This document shows positions 1 to 4,908 of a stretch of 6,530 nt of DNA, one piece after another. Under the pieces are notes generated by a model. The model was given only the letters and a program-made list of their open reading frames with translations. It ran no database searches and was not told the DNA's origin. The translations under genes and the position numbers were made by a program. The DNA lies in the NCBI RefSeq assembly GCF_004376175.1, contig NZ_SNUY01000020.1, positions 1-6,530 on the forward strand, in the 5' to 3' direction. Position 1 is the stretch's first letter, and each line of letters starts with the position of its first letter. The DNA comes from Halalkalibacterium halodurans. GTDB taxonomy: Bacteria > Bacillota > Bacilli > Bacillales > Bacillaceae_D.

Positions 1-410
1 GCCGCCAATTGATCAAACCGGCGCATGGCAGTTGTCACGGACGTTTGGAATTGATTCGCTGTGTCCGTAAAGTTCTTCCCTTGAATGAGCCGTAAGCGAA
101 ACGCTTGATTCCATTCCACTGTCTGACGCTGATATCGCTCTACAAAACAGGCTTTCTCCGCAAACCGCTTCCCGCATCTGCACGCGTACCGGCGCTTTCG
201 ATAGAATAGATACACCCACCGTTCAAAGAGCTTGAGATGTTGAACTTTTTGGATGCGGTAATCATGGATTCTCTCGGTTCTCTCCCCGCAGGATGGGCAA
301 CGATGAGGCGTTCGCGGCATTTCTACATGGAGCGCGATAAAGCCCTCTCGTTCCTCCATCTTTGTGACCTTCACACCTTTTAATCCGGGCAAATTCATGG
401 TAAAATTCAT
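1..410 (-). CDS. ISL3-family transposase, N-terminal 136 codons (partial, continues beyond the left edge)
   Basis: Manual reverse-complement translation from the ATG at 410-408 gives MNFTMNLPGLKGVKVTKMEEREGFIALHVEMPRTPHRCPSCGERTERIHDYRIQKVQHLKLFERWVYLFYRKRRYACRCGKRFAEKACFVERYQRQTVEWNQAFRLRLIQGKNFTDTANQFQTSVTTAMRRFDQLA..., with no stop before position 1. The CPxCG ... HDYR ... RRYxCxxCGKxF zinc-finger followed by an HTH segment is the hallmark ISL3 transposase N-terminus. An AGGAG SD lies at 426-422, 11 nt upstream of the ATG. The ORF track omits it because the frame is open at the edge. Confidence 0.9.
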   Translation of the reverse strand, partial: MNFTMNLPGLKGVKVTKMEEREGFIALHVEMPRTPHRCPSCGERTERIHDYRIQKVQHLKLFERWVYLFYRKRRYACRCGKRFAEKACFVERYQRQTVEWNQAFRLRLIQGKNFTDTANQFQTSVTTAMRRFDQLA

Positions 411-490
411 CGTACACGCAGCTCCTATCCTTTCTTTGTATCTCAACAATTCAAGGATAATGGATAAAGGAGCCTGCGTGCATTTTTTTT

Positions 491-532
491 GCCCTCTTTT
501 GTGCAAAAACCCCAACATTTATTGTAGAGCCC
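491..532 (-). repeat. Putative terminal inverted repeat of the ISL3 element
   Basis: The minus strand reads GGGCTCTACAATAAATGTTGGGGTTTTTGCACAAAAGAGGGC. This has a GGCTCT-type terminus and a near-palindromic TTTTGCACAAAA core. The partner IR is outside the window, so the pairing cannot be verified. Confidence 0.4.
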
Positions 533-560
533 TTTTACTGAAAGTCATCGCGTAACCTTC

Positions 561-605
561 GAGAAAAAGAATAAGGCCTCTCTGCTCGTCCAAAGCAGAG
601 AGCCC
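561..605 (-). terminator. Rho-independent terminator of comZ
   Basis: The stem pairs 578-586 with 594-602 (9 contiguous bp, CTCTCTGCT/AGCAGAGAG) plus 575-576 with 604-605, around a 7-nt loop. On the minus strand it is followed by TTATTCTTTTTCTC. It starts 4 nt after the comZ stop codon. Confidence 0.75.
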
Positions 606-609
606 TCTT

Positions 610-828
610 TTATCCATCATTTTGGCTTTGCTGTGCGTCTTCCCAGCCTAACTCATAGGCTTCATTCATAACGTTCATTAAAAGTTGCAGCATTGGCTGC
701 ATCTCTTCCATCGATAGCTCAATTCCTTTTTCGTCGAGAAACGCTTTTCCCTCCGGAAGATGCTTCATCGCAATTTGCATGAATTGCATGTTACGATTTG
801 GTTCCACCTGAAACGTCACCTCATTCAC
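610..828 (-). CDS. comZ: ComZ-family small competence-associated protein
   Basis: The 72-aa ORF carries FMQIAMKHLPEGK...GIELSMEEMQP...VMNEAYELG. This closely matches the B. subtilis ComZ sequence as I recall it (FLQIAMKYLPEAK...GIELSME...VMAEAYELG). It lies directly downstream of med, as in the B. subtilis med-comZ operon. The listed start at 828 is a GTG. A GTG at 819 preceded by AAAGGTG is an alternative start. Confidence 0.88.
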   Translation of the reverse strand: MNEVTFQVEPNRNMQFMQIAMKHLPEGKAFLDEKGIELSMEEMQPMLQLLMNVMNEAYELGWEDAQQSQNDG

Positions 829-881
829 CTTTTGATGTTCCTACATTACTAAAAATCGTGCTTGCTTTCAAGGGTCATAGT

Positions 882-1832
882 CTAACGTTCTTCCTCATGT
901 GGAAATTGACCCGTTTGAATATAGGTCGAGATGGCATCTGTTACTTGCTCCCTTACTTCATCTGGAACAACCGAGCTAAACTCCCCAAGAGATACGACTC
1001 CATCTTGAAAGTCATAATATAAGTTCCCTGATTCTAGTTTCCCTTCTTGGAACCGTTTCGCTACGAGTACATATAAATCATCGACATGCTGGACGGTGCT
1101 CGTTAAAATTGTAGATCCTCCTAAATCGGCTTGATCCCCGACATACCCAATAGCAAAATCTCCTTGATCTTTAATCGCTTCAACGACTGGGACATGGTAG
1201 CCATCCCCTGCAGGATAAAAAACATCAACCTGCTCTTTTTGCAATTCCTGAAATAACTCTAGTGCCTTGTCAGCATCTGTCCATTCTCCTACGTACCGAA
1301 CAAAGGCTTCCGATTCATTCATGTACTTAGCGCCATCAACAAACCCTTCTACTTCAGGCTGCCATGGGAATGCCGCAATGACGCCGACCTTATGAGTCTC
1401 ACTCATGCTTGCTGCCACCATACCACCAAAGTAGCCCATCGCGTACCCTTCAAAATGAAGGCTTGTTATATTTTCACCCTTCACTTCTCCATTAAAGCTT
1501 ACAAAGTGCACATCTGGGTATTGATTATGTATGGTCGAGAAATATTCGGCGAAGGCATGTCCGTGTCCAAAAATAAGATTTACCCCACCATCAACTAATT
1601 CTTTAATTCGTCGGTGGGCTTTTTGCTCACTGTTCACACCTTCTTCTAAGACAACATCTACATCTAAGTTGCTATGAATATTTAGCAATCCTTCATAAGC
1701 CTTTCGATTCCAGCCTTGGTCATCGATGGTATCTTCGACTAACAATCCTACCATTAATTCTCTATCTGTTGGCATGTTGGAACAACCGGCAAGGAATAAA
1801 ACAGCCAGAAGGATGCTTAATACACGTATCAT
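882..1832 (-). CDS. med: Med, a BMP-family (PnrA-like) membrane-anchored lipoprotein and positive regulator of comK
   Basis: The 316-aa ORF has a lipoprotein signal peptide with lipobox L-A-G-C (Cys17). It shares long motifs with B. subtilis Med as recalled: GVNLxxGHG, VGVIAxFxWQPEVxGF, YPAGDGYxVPV, AIGYVxDQ and LTSTVQxVD. It is also syntenic with comZ. Confidence 0.93.
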   Translation of the reverse strand: MIRVLSILLAVLFLAGCSNMPTDRELMVGLLVEDTIDDQGWNRKAYEGLLNIHSNLDVDVVLEEGVNSEQKAHRRIKELVDGGVNLIFGHGHAFAEYFSTIHNQYPDVHFVSFNGEVKGENITSLHFEGYAMGYFGGMVAASMSETHKVGVIAAFPWQPEVEGFVDGAKYMNESEAFVRYVGEWTDADKALELFQELQKEQVDVFYPAGDGYHVPVVEAIKDQGDFAIGYVGDQADLGGSTILTSTVQHVDDLYVLVAKRFQEGKLESGNLYYDFQDGVVSLGEFSSVVPDEVREQVTDAISTYIQTGQFPHEEER

Positions 1833-1855
1833 CTAGTTCGACACGCTCCCTTACG

Positions 1856-1919
1856 AATGGATCATGCTTTCGTTGGATTTTCGCATGATTCCGTAGATTT
1901 GGCTTTCTCATGATCCATT
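1856..1919 (-). repeat. Perfect 11-bp inverted repeat (AATGGATCATG / CATGATCCATT) with a 42-nt spacer in the med upstream leader
   Basis: Read directly from the sequence: 1856-1866 is the reverse complement of 1909-1919. A third CATGAT copy sits at 1884-1889. The repeat lies 24-87 nt upstream of the med ATG. Its function is unknown. Confidence 0.5.
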
Positions 1920-2015
1920 TCTCTCTACTATCTCTATTCAATCAAAACTAACGGCAAACGGATATTACAGTATCGTTACAAAATGATGACAAACAAATTC
2001 CCTATATCTTTTTGA

Positions 2016-2189
2016 CTATTTAGCGTGTTTCCATTTCATAAATAATCGTTCCACTAAAAAGCCACAAACTAAGGCAATCACAACACTAAACCCGTCTGAA
2101 AGCAACAACACATTATGGAATAGTATATAAGTGCTTATTGTTATTATAGCAAAAATGAAAATACCGAAAATGGCCTCTTTAACGTTCAT
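2016..2189 (-). CDS. Hypothetical 57-aa small membrane protein with two predicted TM helices
   Basis: Manual translation gives MNVKEAIFGIFIFAIITISTYILFHNVLLLSDGFSVVIALVCGFLVERLFMKWKHAK*. A very strong SD, GGAGGGAGGG (2200-2191), sits immediately upstream of the ATG at 2189. The ORF begins 45 nt downstream of the epimerase stop on the same strand. It contains two hydrophobic segments and a basic C-terminus, and is too short for the supplied ORF track. Confidence 0.6.
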   Translation of the reverse strand: MNVKEAIFGIFIFAIITISTYILFHNVLLLSDGFSVVIALVCGFLVERLFMKWKHAK

Positions 2190-2234
2190 GCCCTCCCTCC
2201 TTATGGCAAAATTTCTTATTCGTCATCTAAATGA

Positions 2235-3140
2235 TTAATGCAGAAAACTCTTCCACCTTTGCCATTGTGTCACATGTTCTCGTTGCTTTTCAAGCCCGTT
2301 TTTCAACGGTGTTATCACCTTAAAACCGAGTAGCTGCTTCGCCTTCTCATTCGATAATATAGGGGACAATGGAGTAGAAGATGGATTCCATGATTTATTA
2401 AGTAGGTGTGCTTTCCCTTTTTGCCATTCGTTTACGTTTCCGGACGATAGCTGAATCGTTTCATTTGTATGCTTCGTTTTCCCTGCAAGTAGCAGTCCAT
2501 TTATAGCATCACTAATATACAGTGCATCCAATGTTGATTGATCATCTTTTACCTCTTTTCGCCCTAGTAGGAGCTGCTGATACGTCATATCCTGACGTTG
2601 CCAAGGACCGTAGATTGTTGGCAAACGGAGGATCATATAATCCAGCCCCCGTTTGTCCGCTTCCTTCTGGAGCAGCTTTTCAGCTGCCAGCTTAACGATA
2701 CCGTAAGGAGAGATAGGTCGTGTTGGTGACTGCTCCGTTATCGTTCCTAATCGCTCACCATACACTTCAACTGAAGACACAAAAATCAACCGGGTTCCTT
2801 CCTTTGCTTGCGCCGTAAGCGCCCGGATTCGCCTAAACGTATTTTCTTGATTTTCCGGTAAACGTGTCCATAGTTGTTCTCTTTTCGGATGAGCTGCCAA
2901 GTGATAGATCGTATCCACGTGTTGAGTGACTTTTGAAAGCTCAAAACGTTCGAGCGAACATTCAATGAAATGAAAAAGGGCATTTCGCCCCATCCGCAGT
3001 TGCTTCTCCTCGTACTCTTCCTTCCTCATCTCATCGTTGCAATGATCAATAACGGTTACGTCAATCCCTTGCCCTAATAAGGCTTCACAAAGATGATAGC
3101 CAATGAACCCTAATCCCCCTGTAATAAGCACTCGATTCAC
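2235..3140 (-). CDS. Extended-SDR NAD-dependent epimerase/dehydratase family protein
   Basis: It has the Rossmann motif VLITGGLGFIGYHL (TGxxGxxG), the SSVEVYG motif and the catalytic YxxxK (SPYGIVK). The longest ORF begins at 3221 and would overlap the upstream gene by 50 nt. A GTG at 3140-3138 is preceded by GGAGGG at 6-nt spacing and lies 31 nt after the upstream stop. I therefore call a 301-aa product starting MNRVLITGG. Confidence 0.88.
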   Translation of the reverse strand: MNRVLITGGLGFIGYHLCEALLGQGIDVTVIDHCNDEMRKEEYEEKQLRMGRNALFHFIECSLERFELSKVTQHVDTIYHLAAHPKREQLWTRLPENQENTFRRIRALTAQAKEGTRLIFVSSVEVYGERLGTITEQSPTRPISPYGIVKLAAEKLLQKEADKRGLDYMILRLPTIYGPWQRQDMTYQQLLLGRKEVKDDQSTLDALYISDAINGLLLAGKTKHTNETIQLSSGNVNEWQKGKAHLLNKSWNPSSTPLSPILSNEKAKQLLGFKVITPLKNGLEKQREHVTQWQRWKSFLH

Positions 3141-3171
3141 AGATGTCCCTCCATACGATTTCGCCGGCTTT

Positions 3172-3918
3172 TCATGATAATTTTTTTTCGTGTTTACGGA
3201 AAAATTGATAAGCTGGATCAATTAAAGAAGAAAATGACTTTTGCGCCATTCGAAGCGTCAGTGTAACTGGACGGTTTTCACGCTCTGCTTTTAATTGAAA
3301 CGGTTTACTATGGGATTGGACAGGATAACGTCTTTCATTCATTTCATGAAAGATGTGCATAGGTGTTTCAAGATTTGTATAACGATTGTTAAAATATTGA
3401 TATATAAATGGTTCGACATCCTCGGTGCTCACTTCGTGGGCTGCTGCCATTTCAATTAAAAATCGTTTATAAAACAATTTGTTGGCTTTCTCTTGATCAT
3501 AATAAGATACGAGATCTAAACATGGATTGATGAAAAATCCGGAGCGGATGCGATCTGGCATCTCCTCCATAACATTCATGGCTAACAACGCCCCCATCCC
3601 TTCACCAATCAAGTGAATGGACGGATTTAAAATTTCTCGTTTTATTGACAAATGATATAGCCTTAGAGCTAGTTTTGTTGCCTGTTCACTTCCCCAGTGT
3701 CTTCCAAAGAAATTGGAAGTGATGACAGTATACCCATGATGCAGCAAGCCACGAATAAACTGTTCTCTTTCGGGATGCTGTCTCCAAGAACAAGTCTCCT
3801 GTTCTACGTAGTGAGTGATGTCGCCAAATAACATACAGGCAAATCCATTTGGACGTGCAGGTAAATAAATAACACACCACTGATCTTCTAATTGAAAGGT
3901 CCTTCGTAAATCAATCAT
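3172..3918 (-). CDS. Alpha/beta-hydrolase-fold protein with an atypical nucleophile elbow (GEGMG)
   Basis: The ORF is 248-253 aa. Its segment order is typical of the fold: VIYLPARPNGFACMLFGD, then GYTVITSNFFGRHWG, then IHLIGEGMGALLA, then SGFFINPCLDL. The ATG at 3918 has an AGAGG SD at 7-nt spacing and is preferred over the ATG at 3933. The fold assignment is inferred from motif layout only. Confidence 0.75.
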   Translation of the reverse strand: MIDLRRTFQLEDQWCVIYLPARPNGFACMLFGDITHYVEQETCSWRQHPEREQFIRGLLHHGYTVITSNFFGRHWGSEQATKLALRLYHLSIKREILNPSIHLIGEGMGALLAMNVMEEMPDRIRSGFFINPCLDLVSYYDQEKANKLFYKRFLIEMAAAHEVSTEDVEPFIYQYFNNRYTNLETPMHIFHEMNERRYPVQSHSKPFQLKAERENRPVTLTLRMAQKSFSSLIDPAYQFFRKHEKKLS

Positions 3919-4159
3919 GACGTCGCCTCTCATCCACTAGCATTAAACCATTTTGATGGTTCGTCTCGCTTTTCATTCTCCACTATACGGTATGCAGCAG
4001 ATGGAAAAACGGAATCAAGCTTCGTCGTTTTTTATAGAATTGATAATTTGCCTATTCCTTTCAGGTTTTGATCATCCTATGCAGCAACTTCTATTGTTAT
4101 GTCTTTAAAGATGCTTTCAAACGTAATAGGATAGGCTTTTTTGTCATGAAACGACAAAT

Positions 4160-4210
4160 AAAGGAGCTGGGACAAAAGTCTATCTTTTGAGACAGCTTCT
4201 TTTATTAGTT
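4160..4210. terminator. Long hairpin with U-rich tails on both strands (bidirectional intrinsic terminator)
   Basis: The lower stem pairs 4160-4169 with 4193-4202 and includes one G-U pair. A 3x3 internal loop separates it from the upper stem, which pairs 4173-4178 with 4184-4189 around a 5-nt loop. The plus-strand tail is TTTTATTAGTT and the minus-strand tail is TTTATTTGTCGTTTC. Confidence 0.6.
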
Positions 4211-4346
4211 ATACTTCACGATGAGTTGCAACTATGATCGGCGGAAACGAGCATTTTTCCTATGCATTCTCTTTGTAAACTTGCTGCAGGCGTCTCGTGA
4301 TTTTGGCCATCAACTTGGAAACGTCCGTCAAGTTATGCGTATACAG

Positions 4347-4391
4347 AAAAAAGGTTCGGATCACTTAATTTTGATGATCCGAACCTTTTTT
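4347..4391. terminator. Strong bidirectional intrinsic terminator, downstream of yjzC on the minus strand
   Basis: A perfect 11-bp core stem, GGTTCGGATCA/TGATCCGAACC (4353-4363 with 4375-4385), is flanked by A6 on the 5' side and T6 on the 3' side. The loop is 11 nt. It lies 83 nt after the yjzC stop codon. Confidence 0.85.
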
Positions 4392-4474
4392 CTTACGTTT
4401 GGCTAGTATTGTTCCAACGTCCATGTTTCAGTTTCAGGTTATCTTGGTCGCGTTCCTCATTCACCCTTCATCTC

Positions 4475-4654
4475 TTAAGGCTTTCGTTTATACGTCCACT
4501 TTCGGTCTTTGTTCGTTGTTTCTGGAAACCGATCGCCTGCTTCTAATTTCACTTCTCGCGGATCGGTTACCATATCCCCCGTTTCACCGATTTCCACATA
4601 GACACCATTGTTAGGCGCTTTTTGCCCTGGAATGAACTGTCTGTTTTGCCCCAT
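4475..4654 (-). CDS. yjzC: YjzC-family small protein (59 aa)
   Basis: Manual translation gives MGQNRQFIPGQKAPNNGVYVEIGETGDMVTDPREVKLEAGDRFPETTNKDRKWTYKRKP*. This closely matches B. subtilis YjzC as recalled (PGEKAPNNGVYVEIGETG...FPET...WTYKRKP). An AAAAGGAGG SD lies 7 nt upstream of the ATG at 4654. At 59 aa it falls below the ORF-track cutoff. Confidence 0.9.
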   Translation of the reverse strand: MGQNRQFIPGQKAPNNGVYVEIGETGDMVTDPREVKLEAGDRFPETTNKDRKWTYKRKP

Positions 4655-4683
4655 ATTCTCGCCTCCTTTTAGTAAAATAGACT

Positions 4684-4699
4684 CTCGGCATTCGCCGAG
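4684..4699 (-). promoter_or_regulatory. GC-rich 6-bp hairpin (CTCGGC-attc-GCCGAG) just upstream of the yjzC SD
   Basis: On the minus-strand RNA the sequence is GCUCGGCGAAUGCCGAGAGUCUAUUUUACUAAAAGGAGG. This could be a 5' stabiliser stem-loop or a weak terminator/attenuator. The structure is seen directly, but its function is inferred. Confidence 0.35.
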
Positions 4700-4738
4700 C
4701 TTTGTGGTTCAAGGATTTTCCTCAAACCAATTTATTTC

Positions 4739-4766
4739 ATCCCTCCTATTTTAGGTGGGATTTTTT
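4739..4766 (+). terminator. Orphan plus-strand intrinsic terminator next to the left flank of the IS
   Basis: The stem is ATCCCTCCT / AGGTGGGAT: 9 positions with one U-U mismatch and 6 GC pairs. The loop is ATTTT and the hairpin is followed by TTTTTTAA. No plus-strand gene lies upstream of it. Confidence 0.5.
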
Positions 4767-4783
4767 AATGTTCATTTTTTAAA

Positions 4784-4846
4784 ACTGGAAATTAATTATC
4801 AAAATATTTTCTCGAATTCGACAAGAAACACTTGACTTTTCAAAAA
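4784..4846 (+). repeat. Left subterminal inverted-repeat block of the IS (ACTGGAAATT ... TTTTCAAAAA)
   Basis: Both 10-mers occur as exact reverse complements in the right flank, in the mirrored order. Confidence 0.45.
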
Positions 4847-4858
4847 CACCACAATAAT
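4832..4858 (+). promoter_or_regulatory. Candidate sigma-A-type promoter for the transposase
   Basis: A TTGACT -35 (4832-4837) is paired with AATAAT (4853-4858) at a short 15-nt spacer, or with TAATCG at 17 nt. The -35 overlaps the TTTTCAAAAA repeat. The match is weak and was found by eye only. Confidence 0.25.
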
Positions 4859-4908
4859 CGCCGGTGAAGGGATTATTTTCCCTTACTACTTGTGATTGAG
4901 GTGCCAAA

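Larger units (their letters stand above)
1..532 (-). mobile_element. Partial ISL3-family insertion sequence: the transposase-proximal end, with the rest lying left of the window
   Basis: It contains the N-terminus of an ISL3-type transposase (1-410). About 120 nt upstream, the minus strand reads GGGCTCTACAATAAATG from 532 downward. I recall GGCTCT(T) as the typical outer end of ISL3-family inverted repeats. The boundary is ambiguous, because a second GGGCTCT lies at 605-599. Confidence 0.7.

Noticed and set aside
13-219. 68-aa minus-strand ORF from the track
   Set aside because: It is an alternative frame of the same strand as the ISL3 transposase N-terminus (1-410). It has no SD and no recognisable motifs.
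364-555. 63-aa plus-strand ORF that starts with GTG
   Set aside because: It lies antisense to the ISL3 transposase start and its upstream IR/promoter region. It has no SD and a low-complexity hydrophobic composition.
798-1022. 74-aa plus-strand ORF
   Set aside because: It is antisense to the comZ start, the med-comZ spacer and the med 3' end, and both of those genes are strongly supported.
1392-1598. 68-aa plus-strand ORF
   Set aside because: It is fully nested antisense within med and has no SD.
2786-2983. 65-aa minus-strand ORF
   Set aside because: It is an alternative frame nested inside the SDR epimerase gene.
3141-3221. N-terminal extension of the epimerase ORF (MIQLINFSVNTKKNYHEKPAKSYGGTS)
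   Set aside because: It would overlap the hydrolase gene by 50 nt and it lacks an SD. The GTG at 3140 has a GGAGGG SD and places the Rossmann motif at the N-terminus, as is usual.
3686-3880. 64-aa minus-strand ORF
   Set aside because: It is an alternative frame nested inside the hydrolase-fold gene.
3956-4108. 50-aa plus-strand ORF (MVRLAFHSPLYGMQQMEKRNQASSFFIELIICLFLSGFDHPMQQLLLLCL) upstream of the 4160-4210 hairpin
   Set aside because: None of its ATGs has an SD, and it overlaps the likely promoter region of the divergent hydrolase operon. It cannot be excluded without conservation data.
4221-4406. 61-aa plus-strand ORF
   Set aside because: It has no SD and it reads straight through the perfect terminator hairpin at 4347-4391.
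4399-4614. 71-aa plus-strand ORF
   Set aside because: It is antisense to the well-supported yjzC gene.
4770-4777. 8-bp direct repeat GTTCATTT (also at 6523-6530), considered as a target-site duplication for the IS
   Set aside because: It does not directly abut the inverted-repeat cores on either side. An 8-mer match between these AT-rich flanks is about what chance would give. The right copy is also cut by the window end.
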